Counted from the first letter of the whole stretch, positions 10,968 to 23,361 are shown. The stretch: DNA of 62,211 nt, filler included, from 8 parts of 8 records of this genome joined end to end with filler, not necessarily neighbours in it; one strand, 5' to 3'. A program made the numbers and translations. The notes: a model not told the origin generated them from the letters alone.

Positions 10968-12401
10968 CTATTTACCAATACAAAAATTGGAAAAGATGGA
11001 ATCGAGCACCTCGTCCTCTAATCGAGCGCCGGTAATGGAGCCAAGCGTCTCCATGGCTTGGGTCAGATCCATGCTCACCACATCCTCCTGCCCTTCCCCC
11101 GCCAGATTGGATAGCGCTTGTTTCAGAAAAAGCGTGACTTGACAAGTGCATCTTTATGCCGAGTGTTTGCGACAAGATGACCTCCGATTTTATCGCCTAT
11201 TCCCGCCAAGCATTTTTCAGCAATTCTCTTTTTTAAATCCTCAATCCCACATTCATTTTTTGCCGATAGAGTGACCCTGTCGAAATGTGCCAAATGGCCA
11301 TCTAATAACGAATCGCCATCAATGTCGCCCAAATCGACTTTATTACGTACAAGAATAGTTTTAGTCGGCTCAATTTGATCGATAATTACAAGATCCTCAT
11401 TATGAATGGGCTGATGAGCCTCCACGACCATCAAGATAAAATCAGCTATGGCAATGTTCTCCATCGTTTTGCGCATACCGAGGACCTCTACGGGATCAGT
11501 ACTTTCGTGTAATCCGGCCGTATCGGAAACATGCATCTCAACATTGCCGATGTGGAGCATATCTTCAACTGTATCCCTGGTAGTCCCCGGTATCGATGTG
11601 ACGATTGCCTTCTCTCTACCGACCAGACAATTCATCAGGCTCGATTTACCCACATTCGGTCGTCCCACGATGACCACCCGCAGACCTTCTCTAAGAACCC
11701 TCCCACTTTGAAAGCTTTCGATTAATTGTTCAATCGGATTTATGACTTGCTTTTCAAGATGAGATGCAAGTTCACTGCGCTGCACGTCACTTACCCCATC
11801 CACATCATCCGGAAACTCAATTCCGGCCTCTACCTCGGCAAGAATTTGAACGATGGCTTCTCGCAGACCCCCTACCATATTCCCCAGCATTCCTTGAAGC
11901 TGATGAGAAGCAACAGCAAGCGCACCAGCGCTTTTTGCGTTGATGATGTCGGCCACCGCCTCAGCCTGACTTAAATCAATTCGACCGTTAAGAAATGCGC
12001 GTCTGGTAAATTCACCCGGTTCCGCCAATCTGGCGCCGTACTGAATCACCAGATCTAGAATTCTCGAAAGAAGCAACATTCCGCCGTGGGCTTGAATCTC
12101 AACAACATCTTCCCTGGTGTATGAGTGGGGCCCCTTCATTACGACCATAAGGACCTCATCGACCGCTTTGTCCGCTCGAGGATCCCAGATGTAACCGTGA
12201 ATCATAAGGTGTGATTGAAATGAACTGTTTTCAACGTGAGAATTTGGCGGGACATTGTGGCTGCGTGAAAAAGTTGACAAACGATCTGCACCCCGATTGG
12301 GCCTGATATGCGAACAATACCGACCCCCCCACTCCGGCGGGTGTGGCTACCGCAGCGATGGTATCGCAATTGATACCGAAATGGGAGTTTAATGTTTTCA
12401 T
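10968..12401 (-). CDS. mnmE: tRNA modification GTPase MnmE (frameshifts near 12325 and 11130)
   Basis: DTIAAVATP N-terminus, GRPNVGKSS, PGTTRD, DTAG, NKVD, and C-terminal IFSNFCIGK-stop at 10968. Confidence 0.95.
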
Positions 12402-12437
12402 ATCAATAGGTTGCACAGCAACCAATGCTTTAGCCGT

Positions 12438-13202
12438 TTAGTTTGAACGCTTGCCTCTCCGACGCCGCTTCGGAAATACGATCAGTTTTCTGTAGTTGCC
12501 GTCCCCGACGCTCTGGGTACGAACCGCCTGATTGTCTTTCAGATGAAGATGGACAATGCGTCGGTCGTAAGCGTTCATTTGACCGATGGTCACCGGTTTG
12601 TTTATTTTTTGAGCCTTTTCGGCCATCTTGCTCGCCATCCGCTTCAGGTTGGACTGGCGGGTCTCCAGATATCCCTCTACATCCACCAGGATGCGCAACC
12701 GTGTCTCATTTTGCTTGTTGACGACCTTCTCGACCAGATATTGCATGGCCTCGAGCGTTTGCCCCCTTTTCCCGATCAACAGGGCGCTGTTGCCGCCTTC
12801 AACTTTGTAGAGTATGCGGCCATTCTTTTTTTCGGCTTTGATGGTCGACCCTTCTGAGATCATATCGACGATTCGTTGGAGAGCATCTTTGCCGCACTCG
12901 AGCGCCTTGCTGTTTTTATCATCGACATCAGCATCGACAGTCGCTTCTTCTCCTTCGATACCAAAAGCGCTCTTCACCAAATCTTGGGCCTGCTGTATGG
13001 TCTCATCCTGCGCTTTGCTTACCACACCATTGGTCTCTACCCTTATTTTGGCTTTCTTGACCCCCACCAAACCGAAAATACCTGTTGAACCGTAAGATAC
13101 GACATCATATTTAAGTTTATCAACGGGTGTTTCGAGCTCTTTGCCGGCTTTCTCCAAAGCCTTATCTACGCTTTTCGCTTCATATTCGATAAAATCGGAC
13201 AT
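12438..13202 (-). CDS. jag: Jag/KhpB (SpoIIIJ-associated KH-R3H RNA-binding protein)
   Basis: Jag_N GIFGLVG, KH LLIGKRGQTLEAMQ, R3H RRIVH; GGAGG RBS. Confidence 0.93.
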   Translation of the reverse strand: MSDFIEYEAKSVDKALEKAGKELETPVDKLKYDVVSYGSTGIFGLVGVKKAKIRVETNGVVSKAQDETIQQAQDLVKSAFGIEGEEATVDADVDDKNSKALECGKDALQRIVDMISEGSTIKAEKKNGRILYKVEGGNSALLIGKRGQTLEAMQYLVEKVVNKQNETRLRILVDVEGYLETRQSNLKRMASKMAEKAQKINKPVTIGQMNAYDRRIVHLHLKDNQAVRTQSVGDGNYRKLIVFPKRRRRGKRSN

Positions 13203-13220
13203 GCCTATAACCTCCACACA

Positions 13221-14890
13221 TCAGGCTAATTTTTTTAAAGTGTAATACTGTTGGGCGATGGATACGAGGTTGCTGATCAGCCAGTAAAGAACCAGTCCTG
13301 AGGGAAAATTGATAAATATAAAGGTGAATACAATCGGCATCAGCATCATCATTTTTGCCTGGGTCGGATCGCCCGGAGCAGGGGACATCTTCTGCTGCAG
13401 CAGCATAGTCGCCCCCATGATTAAGGTGAGCACCGGTACGCCGTATGGTGCTTCCATAAATGGGATTTTGAATCCGAACTCAAAGAGCCGGTCCGGCGCC
13501 GAGAGATCGTTTATCCAGCCGAAGAAAGGCGCATGACGCAACTCGATCGCCTGGTAAAGCATACGGTAGAGGGCAAAAAAGACCGGCAGCTGAATCACCA
13601 TGGGAAGGCACCCTCCCATCGGATTAATTTTGTATGTCTTATAAAGTGCCATGGTTTCTTGGTTCATTCTTGCCTTGTCATCCTTATACTTCTCACGAAG
13701 CTCCTTCATCAGCGGCTGAAGTTTGCGCATGTCGTTCATTGATTTATAGCTTTTGTTTGCCAGGGGCCAGAACATCAATCGAGTTACGATGGTCAGGATA
13801 ATAATAGCGATGCCATAATTGGGGATGAACCCGTACAAGAAATTCATGAACCACAGGCATGGTTTGGCGATAATATCGACCCAACCAAAATCGATGGCAC
13901 GTTCCAGATTGTTGCCGACCGACTTCAGGAGAGAGAGGCTCTTCGGTCCCATAAAGAGGCTGAGATGCCATGTGTGGCGTTCTCCGGGCCCAAACTCATG
14001 ACCTTGTGTAATAAGCTGATTTTGAAATATTTTATCTTGTCTAGCCAACAACATACGGCCTTCGACAGGCTCTTTGCTCATCAGGCTGTTGATAAAGTAA
14101 AGCCTTTCGGTGGCCACCCATCTGAGTGTTCCGCTAAGCTCGTTGTTCTCTTCAATATCCTTCACTTTGACCTGTTCTAGCTCGTCGTTTATCAGACCGC
14201 TGGGTCCGACGAATCCGTAGACACCGCTGTCTTCATCAACCAGATCGAGAAGACCAACCTCAATCCCGGTGTTCACCGCCTGGTCACTGCCATTAAGGAC
14301 GGTGACATCCAGGTCGATGACATATCGCTCCGGGTCAAAATGGTAGGTTTTCACTACAGAGGATCCGTTTCCCAGGTCGTAGCTGAACTGCACAGTCCTG
14401 GAAACATCATCAACAGTTAATGTATCCCCTTGGGTGTCTACCGTGTAGGTCCCCTTTGTGAGCGCCTCCTTGCCAAAAGCGCTCAGCGAAAGAAGAACCG
14501 TTCCTTCTTTGAGTTCCGGTGGAACCAGTTCCTTATTTGGGGAGTCCTTCTCCACTGTTTCACGAAAGTTTTTCAGCAGCATGCTGACCACCGCACCACC
14601 TTTTTCTGATAGTCGCATGCGGTAAAGGGGCGTTTCCACAGTTATGCTGCGGGCAGGCCGCGCATCAGTAGAGGTGGGGACATCCTCTTTCATGATCGGC
14701 TGCTCTGCTTCGGTCGCCGCTGTGGTTGGTCTATTGCCCGGCCCTGCCGATGAGGCTGTTGCCGGAGCTTCTGCTTGCTGCTGTTCAGGTAAGGCGGTCT
14801 CTTCCTGGGGTTTGGGTCCGAAGGTGACACTCCACAGAAAAAAACAAGGAACGAGAGCCCTATGGCCAACAAAAGACGCTTTTGTTCCAT
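13221..14890 (-). CDS. yidC: Membrane protein insertase YidC (frameshift near 14840)
   Basis: N-terminus MEQKRLLLAIGLSFLVF in ORF 14690-14890; NYGIAII, NPMGGCLP, DLSAPD, FPSGLVLYW. Confidence 0.96.
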
Positions 14891-15022
14891 ACATTACTCC
14901 TTAAATTGTGATGAAATAGGAGCCGGGACGGTATCATTGCCATCAATGGCACGACGTGTGGATGGGGATGGGTGAAACGGATAGGTTCTGCAAGGCCTGT
15001 GTATTTCGCTTTTCGGAACCCG

Positions 15023-15283
15023 CTAAGGGACCGGATCGAAACCTCCGGTACTCCAGGGATGGCAGCGCAATAGCCGCTTGAGGGCCATCAGCCCTCCTCT
15101 GGGCACGCCATATCGTTCAATGGCGGTCATCGCGTAATGAGAACAGGTGGGTTCGAATCGACATGCCGGCCCGAGAATGGGCGACACCACCAACTGGTAG
15201 ATTCGAATCAGCACCCTGGCGACGAAAACGCCTGGATTTCTATTGCCTGTGAAACGCTGCAATCTTTCCGAAAAGCCCTTCAA
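15023..15283 (-). CDS. yidD: Membrane protein insertion efficiency factor YidD
   Basis: [10 protein letters not shown] and [14 protein letters not shown]. Confidence 0.93.
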   Translation of the reverse strand: MKGFSERLQRFTGNRNPGVFVARVLIRIYQLVVSPILGPACRFEPTCSHYAMTAIERYGVPRGGLMALKRLLRCHPWSTGGFDPVP

Positions 15284-15625
15284 GAGATTGAAATACTTTT
15301 TGATTACTTGTGTTAGCCGCCTCGCGCTTGCCTATGACATGAATATCCCAATGGTTTTTTAACATATGTCGGTTTTGGCGAAAATACTCTCTGGTGAGGC
15401 GCTTAATTCTATTTCTTTTCGCTGCGTTACCTACTTTACGGCTAACGGTTACCCCAAGGCGACAGTGCATATGATGATTGGCATAAAAATAGGCGATAAA
15501 GTGTCGGTTTCCCGTCTTTTTGCCTTGCCTTCCGATACGAAGGAATTCCGACCGCTCAAGCAGTCTGTCGGCCTTTTTGAATGTCTGCCTTGCTACTGAA
15601 ATTGTTTTTCCCTATCCCGTTGCAT
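15240..15625 (-). CDS. rnpA: Ribonuclease P protein component (start uncertain; probable A-run frameshift near 15607)
   Basis: [13 protein letters not shown] upstream of [21 protein letters not shown] (RNR motif); lies between rpmH and yidD. Confidence 0.9.
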
Positions 15626-15678
15626 CCGCACAATCCGTCCGGTCGCTACTCTTCAAACAGGTAAGTGGTTTTCCCTTT

Positions 15679-15813
15679 TTACAGGGCCAAACGTTTGCGA
15701 CCTTTGGCGCGTCTTCTGTTAATCACTGCGCGCCCGCCTTTTGTGGACATCCTTTTACGAAACCCATGGGTTCGCACTCTTCTGATTTTACTCGGTTGAT
15801 AAGTTCTTTTCAT
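15679..15813 (-). CDS. rpmH: 50S ribosomal protein L34 (not in the ORF track)
   Basis: Manual translation [44 protein letters not shown]. Confidence 0.97.
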   Translation of the reverse strand: MKRTYQPSKIRRVRTHGFRKRMSTKGGRAVINRRRAKGRKRLAL

Positions 15814-16135
15814 GATCCTTTTCCCTTGTTGTCACATTACCATTGGGTATCAGGGGCATATCCCTGTTGTTTTTCCAAGCAATTCGAAGCGTTACACCAA
15901 CACTGCGAACAGAAACCGTGAGAGTAACCACAAGCCGGCCAAATTGTCAACACGATTATCTCTGCAGGCGGCTGCGCTCGTTCCAAAATGGTAGTTCGTG
16001 GTTCAGATCAATGCAGCAACATTTTTAAAACCGCCGCGCCTTCCGCGGCATAGCAATCACGCGATGGTGTGATCGAGGATTGGAAAAATTTGAGAACGCA
16101 GAGCTGGGCCGCAAGATGCCTTTTTTGAACGAGCG

Positions 16136-17688
16136 CTATGTGTAGGCCTCCAGCACATCAAACTCCTCCAGGTGGAACCGCGTTTCCGGATAGATGGTCA
16201 CCTGACGTCCGATGCTGTTCTCAAGTGCGGTGATGATGTGGCTCTCCTCACCAAGAAGCAGCTCGGCGATATGGGGGTTGACCTTAAGTGTCAAACCACT
16301 TCCCACCATATCCATGAAGTTGCGCATGATCTCCCGCTGGATGTTATAGCAAATCGTCTTCTTTGAGAGCAGATGACCCTCACCCTCACAATAGAAACAC
16401 GGTTCGCACAACTGGCGTGTGAGGGGTTTGCGGATGCGCTTGCGGGTCATCTGAATCAACCCCATATCCGACATGGGCAGAATGTGCGTTTTGCTGCGAT
16501 CTTTGGCAAACGCCTCACTCAGGGCGTTGAACACCTTCTCCTGGTTGGCCCGCTTCTCCATATCGATGAAATCGATGATAATGATGCCACCGATATCCCT
16601 CAACCTTATCTGGAAAGCGATCTCTTTGACCGCCTCAAGATTTGTTTTTAGAATGGTCTCTTCCAGATTGTGTTTGCCGACATAGCGCCCGGTGTTCACA
16701 TCAATGGCGACCAACGCCTCGGTATGTTCGATCACAATGTATCCGCCCGATTTGAGCCACACCTTTTTTTAAGCGCCCGAAAAATGTCGCCTTCCAGATT
16801 GTAGTAATCGAAAATCGGTTCGCTACCCTCGTAAAGCTCCACCGAATCCTTCAGGTTGGGAATGAATGTATCCAGAAAATTGAGGATCTCCTGGCACCCC
16901 CTGCGCGAATCGATGATCAATTTTTCAGCTTCGTGTACCAACAGATCCCGCACGGCCCTCAAACTGATATCGAGCTCCTGATGAATCAAATTGGGGGCGC
17001 CGGCGTTCTGGTATCTCTTCTGAATGCCGCTCCACAAGTTGTTCAGAAAAGTCATCTCCTGGTTAAGTTTTCCGGCTTCGACCCCTTCGGCAGCTGTGCG
17101 TACGATATAGCCAACCTTCTGTTCACCGCGTAGCTCGGTCACCATCTCTTTCAGACGCTGACGCTCTATTTCATCTTCAATACGCCGGGAGATGCCGATA
17201 TGGTTGGAGGTGGGCATGAGCACCAGAAAGCGGCCGGGCAGTGATATGTGGCAGGTAATGCGGGCGCCCTTTGTACCGATGGGAGTTTTGGCAACCTGAA
17301 CCAGCATCTCCTGGCCCTCTGAGATCAAGTCGATGATGTTGCTGTTGCCCCGTTCACCGTTGCCGTTGCTCCGCTTTGAATCTACAACGGCTCCCTCGGC
17401 CTCATCATCGTCACCATCTTCCGGGTAGATCGCTTCGAACCCTTCGTAATTATTGGTGACAATGTCATTTACATACAGAAACGCCGCTTGCTGCAGGCCG
17501 ATATCTACAAAGGCCGCCTGCATGCCAGGTAAAACGCGCTGGACGCGCCCTTTGTAGATGTTGCCTGAGCTGTCAGAGGCACCCTGCCGCTCTATAAACA
17601 GTTCGGATATGTTTCCGTCTTCGATCAATGCCACGCGGGTTTCATGGGGCATGTCGTTGATAATGATCTTTTTATTGGTCATAACCAT
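16136..17688 (-). CDS. rng: Ribonuclease G (Rne/Rng family; frameshift near 16770)
   Basis: GNIYKGRV, MQAAFVDIG, KGARIT, IDVNTG, GGIIIIDFIDM, CFYCEG. Confidence 0.93.
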
Positions 17689-17738
17689 CCAGATTTACGT
17701 ATATTTTTTTATAAAGCTACCTCTATTGACAGCCAATG

Positions 17739-19149
17739 TCAACCGTTGTGCCCCTCGGGAACATCCGCCAATTTAACCACTCTTGCCTGGCGGGCAACAC
17801 CTTCAGGGAGCGATAACACCTCCTGAAGAATAACGGCCGGTCGAATGATATAGGGATTCATCCTTTTCATGGCCATAAAGAGGGTTTGATCGTCGACGAA
17901 GACCACGCGCATAACACACGCCTTCAAATCGACCTCATGGGTGCGTCCTTTGCGGTTGCGCACAAAAGGCCACTTTTCAGCGGTTGAAAATCGTTCCAAA
18001 AGGATCGGGTCGATGGAGTTGCGATCGATGGAGATATGGTAAAGATCCTCTTCGGCCCTGAACTTCTCCTTGCGTGTGGCAACCGCCCGGCAGCCGACCA
18101 GCTTGATACCCTCGGGCAGCTGCGGGTTGAGCCGCTCTATCAGTTCCCGGCAAGTGTATTCGCTCGCCGGTTTGACCCACATTCGTTCGGACTGACTCTC
18201 CATCCCGAGCGGCAACGGGTTGTCGAAGGAGATCTGCGGCATGGGATGATATCCCTGTGAATACTTCAGTTCGATGCCGGCTCGTCGAAAGGCAGCCGCA
18301 AACATCTTGACCATCTCCAGATGTCCAAAGAACCGGGCCGGACCCAGCTTCGTCCACACCAACTCCCGCTCGCTCAAAGGCGCTGCGGCTGGATCGTCCG
18401 CAGGTTCCGGCGCCGACACCGGTGCATCATCGAATACGCGCGGGAGAATATCGTCGAAATCGCAAACCCCGCACTGAGCGCACCGACCATAGCGGCAGTC
18501 CTCCAGGCGCTCACCCTTCAGTGCCGCTTCGAGCTCCCCACGCAGAAAAGGGTCACCGGCGCCCGAATCGATATGTCCCCACGGCAGCAGTTCGTCCAGG
18601 CTTCTTTCTCTTTCTGTATAAAAGCGGACATCCACACCACACTCCCGTATCGCCGCTTGCCAAAGCGTGAAATCGAACTGCTCACCCCACCCGTCGAAGG
18701 TACACCCCAAGCGCCAGGCGCGCTCGATGACGGCTGCCATCCGTCGATCGCCCCTGGCCAGCAGTCCCTCAAGAAGACTCATGTCTGGGTCCTGCCATTT
18801 GACCTGTATGCCGGGCTGCTTCAGCTCGGCTTGGATACGTTCCATTTTGCTTCGAGAAGACTCTGGCGAAAGCTGGGAGGCCCACTGAAACGGTGTGTGG
18901 GCCTTGGGAATAAAGGTTGTGATGCTGACATTGATCCGGCCGCGGCGTTTGTTTGAGCCCTCTATCTTCTTCAATGCCTGTACCATTTCGATGATGGCAT
19001 CTATATCTCTGTCCGTTTCGGTCGGCAGACCGATCATAAAGTAGAGCTTAATAACGCGCCAACCCAACCCAAATGCGTGCTCAACCGTAGACGCCACGTC
19101 CTCGTAGCGGATATTCTTGTTGATGACATCTCTCAATCTCTGGCTGCCG
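17739..19149 (-). CDS. Radical SAM protein with C-terminal DUF2344-like domain (TIGR03960-type), 5' partial
   Basis: KLYFMIGLPTET, FIPKAHTPFQW, CxxxxCxxCGVC, then YSQGYHPMPQISF..LPLG. Confidence 0.85.
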
Positions 19150-19249
19150 NNNNNNNNNNNNNNNNNNNNNNNNNNNNNNNNNNNNNNNNNNNNTTAATTA
19201 ATTAANNNNNNNNNNNNNNNNNNNNNNNNNNNNNNNNNNNNNNNNNNNN
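19150..19249. other. Artificial contig linker
   Basis: N/TTAATTAATTAA spacer. Confidence 0.99.
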
Positions 19250-19312
19250 ATATGCAATTGGCTTATCTTTTAGACAAATAGTTATAATAAATAGCGAGGA
19301 GGAGCAATTAAA

Positions 19313-19770
19313 ATGAACAAAAGCAAGATACAATCTCTGATAAAAGACTTGGCAAGTGAGAATTTTTCAAAAAATTTGACGCTGAAAAACAGCTTACTAA
19401 AGTGGGCGATGAGGCGATTCCTTTGCTTATCGAAGCGTTAAAGGATATCGACCAGCGAGTGGGGGCAGGCAGTGTCTTGGCTAAAATTGGTCAACCGGCA
19501 GCTGCGCCACTACTGAACTGTTTACAAGATACGGAATGGCGGATACGCTTCATTGCTGCACATGCACTGGGGAGAATCGGAGCAGCAGAAGCAGTAGAGC
19601 CGTTAATTCAAGCACTTAACGATCCACAGTCCGATGTACGCAAGTATGCAGCCGAAGCTCTTGGCGCCATTGGCGACAAACGTGCTGTACAACCTCTCCG
19701 AGATCGGCTAAAATATGAGGATTCTATGCTGGCTATTTCCGGCATCAATGAAGCCTTGAGGAAACTATAG
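19313..19770 (+). CDS. HEAT/PBS-lyase repeat protein (frameshift near 19365)
   Basis: GGAGG RBS and ATG at 19313; repeats such as RFIAAHALGRIG and RKYAAEALGAIGD. Confidence 0.85.
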
Positions 19771-19864
19771 TTAAGATTTTTGACAATATTACTCAGCAAG
19801 TTATCTGAAAATGAAAACTGCAAATAGTTTAGTAAAAGCACAACCGCACAAGTAAAACTTATAA

Positions 19865-19889
19865 CGAGCTATTCAAGTAGGATAGCTCG
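19865..19889. terminator. Probable terminator hairpin
   Basis: CGAGCTAT…ATAGCTCG inverted repeat downstream of the HEAT gene. Confidence 0.55.
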
Positions 19890-20121
19890 CATTTATTTCC
19901 TCCATAATTTACTTTCATAGTTGCAGCTCCTTTAATGAAGTAATAATTTTATAAGAGATTTGTTAGATATGGTCATAAATACTTCACATTAATGCATGCT
20001 TTCGTATTACTATTTTATTGTTACAATAGAGTTTATAATGAAAAATAACTAGTATGCATTTTTTTGATAGTTATGGTAAAATAGCCATATATATTAAATA
20101 ATTAATTACTGGAGGGGAAGT

Positions 20122-21540
20122 ATGAGAAAGATATTAATAATTTTGGGAATAGCTTTAGTAGTTGTTCTGTTTATAGGTGTTGGCATATTTGTTTATGATT
20201 ACATTTATTATGATGATGAATACGAAAACGTTGAGTATCACTATGATGATGAGAATGACGATGATTCCTTAAATTCCATTTCTAAAGAAGGTGAAAATAA
20301 TGTTGATGAATACGCTGATAATGAAGGAGCAGATGAAAGCTCACAAAATGCTGAATACTCTACGGCTGACTCCTTAATACAATTGACTGTGTTGCTTAAT
20401 TTCACAGACCAAGACCTTTCAACAGATGAAAAGGATTGGCAGGCGTTTTACTTTGGTTCAGAAAACTCTGTTGCAGCATATTTCAGTGAAATGAGCAAAG
20501 ATGAGCTCAATATAGTGCCTGCAAATGAGTCATATGGCACAAGTAATGATGGAATTATAATTGTTGACATAAACAGAAAACATCCAAACCTTACATATGA
20601 TAGCTCCAATAGAGATTATGAAGTTTTGACAAAAATATTTGAAGAAATGCTAGAACAAGTGGATGACTACATTGATTTTAGTGAATATGATGCAGATGGC
20701 GATGGAAATATTCTGCCAAAAGAATTATGTATAACGATGATTGCAGCAGGCTATGAAGAAAATGAGTATTCATATCAGGAAAATCAAGTATCCGGTATTT
20801 GCGTAAGCGAAGATTATTTTACCTATGTTGATGGCGTGGGCGTTGGAGATTATATACTTTGCGGCGAGTTGGATATGGATGAAACCGGTGGTTATGATAT
20901 AGCTACAATTGGCATTGCATGCCATGAGACAGCTCACGTATTTGGATTACCCGATTTGTATGATACAGATCTTTCATCAATAGGTTTAGGTTTTCATTCG
21001 TTGATGGCTGAAGGATGCTACAACAAAGATGAAGGTGAAAGAGACGGAGAAACCCCAGCACCTCTTATTGCATGGAGCAAGATATATATTGGATTTGTTG
21101 AGCCTCAGGTAGTGACAAGCGACGGTGATTATACATTGTATGGACAGTCGACTGATGAATATAATGTTATTAAAATTGAAGAAGGAAACGGTTACTATCT
21201 AATTGAAAATATAGATTTTAATGAGTATGGTGCAGGAATTGAAGAATTTATGGATCATAGTGGAATTGCCATTTGGTATATTGATGAAAGTGTTGTAACC
21301 GAAGATAACCTCTGGAATAATGAAATAAATAACAATGACGAAAAAAGAGGCGTAATTTTAATTGAAGCTGAAGGCAAAGATGATTTGTATGAAGAAACAT
21401 TAGACTATTATAACCCGGATTATGATCATTACTTTGCAAAGGGATACGTGGATGAATATGTAACTGACGGCGGTACAGTAATTATAATTAATGATGAGCC
21501 CGGTGAAATTATGACAGTTACTATAGATTTGGAGAACTAA
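20122..21540 (+). CDS. Membrane-anchored M6-family (InhA-like) metalloprotease domain protein
   Basis: N-terminal TM helix, acidic linker, YIDFSEYDADGDG, HETAHVFGLPDLYD, SLMAEG, AWSK. Confidence 0.88.
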   Translation: MRKILIILGIALVVVLFIGVGIFVYDYIYYDDEYENVEYHYDDENDDDSLNSISKEGENNVDEYADNEGADESSQNAEYSTADSLIQLTVLLNFTDQDLSTDEKDWQAFYFGSENSVAAYFSEMSKDELNIVPANESYGTSNDGIIIVDINRKHPNLTYDSSNRDYEVLTKIFEEMLEQVDDYIDFSEYDADGDGNILPKELCITMIAAGYEENEYSYQENQVSGICVSEDYFTYVDGVGVGDYILCGELDMDETGGYDIATIGIACHETAHVFGLPDLYDTDLSSIGLGFHSLMAEGCYNKDEGERDGETPAPLIAWSKIYIGFVEPQVVTSDGDYTLYGQSTDEYNVIKIEEGNGYYLIENIDFNEYGAGIEEFMDHSGIAIWYIDESVVTEDNLWNNEINNNDEKRGVILIEAEGKDDLYEETLDYYNPDYDHYFAKGYVDEYVTDGGTVIIINDEPGEIMTVTIDLEN

Positions 21541-21826
21541 TAATAAAATAATGCAATGATAATAGTTGGCGCATACACGATGAGCACCATGAATTAGAAA
21601 GCGTAATTAAATACGTAAATATACTTTCTTCACTAGTAAATAAAGTTAGCTATCCAAAAGCTGAATGTATAGAAGTTTATGATTTTTTTAAATTTTCCTA
21701 ACAAAAACTGTTTATTATCAGCAAAATTATGGTAAAATATTAGTATTAATGATTAAAAGCAGAATTATTTACAATTTAGGAACAATTAAAGAAAACAATT
21801 GTAAAGAAATTGAGGAAGGAGCGAGT

Positions 21827-22273
21827 ATGAAGTTATCTAAATCCCAAGCACATTATTTGAAAGCAGTACATGAGCTTTCCCCAACATGCGATGGTGTGCG
21901 CGTCTGCGACATTGCCCAAAAGCTTCGCCTGTCCAAGGCTAGTGTAAGTATTGCCATGACACGGCTTGAAAAACAGGGTTTAGTCCGTAAAGATGACAAA
22001 CATCATGTCTACCTTACAAAAGATGGTGAGCATGAGGCAGTGCGGATGCTGGACAAGTCAAAGATGATTCAGCGCTTTCTTATTAGGTTTCTTGGTGTGG
22101 ACAAGGAAGTGGCGGAACATGATGCCTGCGCCATGTCACATGCTGTCATCAGCCTGGATACACTGTGCGCAATTTGCCGATCTTCTGGCTGCTGGGAAAA
22201 TGAAAATGGATGTACGGGCAATTGCCCGATACCGCTGGAGACTGAGGTGGATTACGGAAGCAGTGCAATGTGA
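21827..22273 (+). CDS. DtxR/MntR-family metal-dependent regulator with Cys-rich tail
   Basis: HYLKAVHEL, VRVCDIAQKL, SKASVS HTH, AEHDACAMSH; RBS before 21827. Confidence 0.88.
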   Translation: MKLSKSQAHYLKAVHELSPTCDGVRVCDIAQKLRLSKASVSIAMTRLEKQGLVRKDDKHHVYLTKDGEHEAVRMLDKSKMIQRFLIRFLGVDKEVAEHDACAMSHAVISLDTLCAICRSSGCWENENGCTGNCPIPLETEVDYGSSAM

Positions 22274-22326
22274 AACAGTTTTGCTGTTCTCAATTGACTG
22301 CTCCGCTTTCCGACGTCCTATGCAAG

Positions 22327-23285
22327 CTACACCCACGATAGGTTATGTATAGCATTATACTTTTTAAAGATTAAATGTCCCTTATTTTCTTTATCCAGCT
22401 TAAAATCAGATTTCAGAAGCTCTTTTAACTGGGAATTACTGATAGTATCATCGCCATATACCCGTGAATTCATTCCGCTCATATAGGATAGCAGTCCGCC
22501 CTGTTTTAGTACACGGGTTATTTCATTCAGAGCCGTATTTTTGTCTTTTATCATCGGCAGTACGTTGTGCAGATATACAATATCTATGGTTTTGCTATCA
22601 AGCTTAATGCTACTGCCTGAAGGCATGATTTCAACGTTTTCCAATCCCTTTTTTTAGCCTTCTTTTTGACGATATTAATCGCTTTTGGGTCAATATCCAA
22701 GGCATAAACCCTGCCCTTGTGTCCGGCAATTTCTGCCGCCGGAATTGTATTGAATCCTAATCCGCAGCCATAATCCAAAACAAAGTGTCCCTCTTTTACT
22801 CCGGCATAATTGACCTCACTGTCAATATTCCTTAGATTTTTTCTCAGATTCATCATTATGGTCATCACCGTAAAAGCGACTTTGGACATTGGCTTCTGTT
22901 TAGATGCTGATTTACTTTCATTGCGCAGAAGCAGAATTGAAAAATATATTATCAATATAGCTTGCAGCCACGGAAAAACTGGATACCACCATACTCCGTT
23001 TTGGTCGGGAACGGCGTGAATGATGTGCACATATATTGGCTGAAAAATCATATAAAGAGCGGCAAGCAAACCAATATAAACGCCGGTTTTGTTTTTGAAA
23101 AGTATTAATACTATGCTTAACAATATTAGTCCTGCGCTAATAGATACAGCTATTGCACCTGATTTTGAAAATTCCAGTGCTCCGGGGATTTCCCGTACTA
23201 TTTTGTGAGTTAGATGGATTAGCAGCAACGCTGTTAAGGATTGGATGTAAATTGGATTCGATTTAAGTTTTGATTTGCTATTCAT
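22327..23285 (-). CDS. Membrane domain fused to class I SAM methyltransferase (frameshift near 22650)
   Basis: About four hydrophobic segments, then VLDYGCGLG and VYALDID. Continues in ORF 22327-22644 (IDIVYLHNVL, EITRVLKQGG). Confidence 0.8.
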
Positions 23286-23317
23286 ATTAACCTCCTGAAT
23301 AATTGTCTATAAATTTT

Positions 23318-23345
23318 ATATAAGCATATAAGCATTTACTTATAT
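23318..23345. promoter_or_regulatory. Putative ArsR/SmtB operator upstream of the methyltransferase gene
   Basis: Imperfect palindrome ATATAAGCATATAAGCATTTACTTATAT, matching the site at 23716. Confidence 0.6.
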
Positions 23346-23361
23346 AAATTGCTAAAATTTT

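Noticed and set aside
21643-21661. DtxR/MntR-like operator AAAGTTAGCTATCCAAAAG
   Set aside because: Only one half-site matches, which is too weak in AT-rich DNA.
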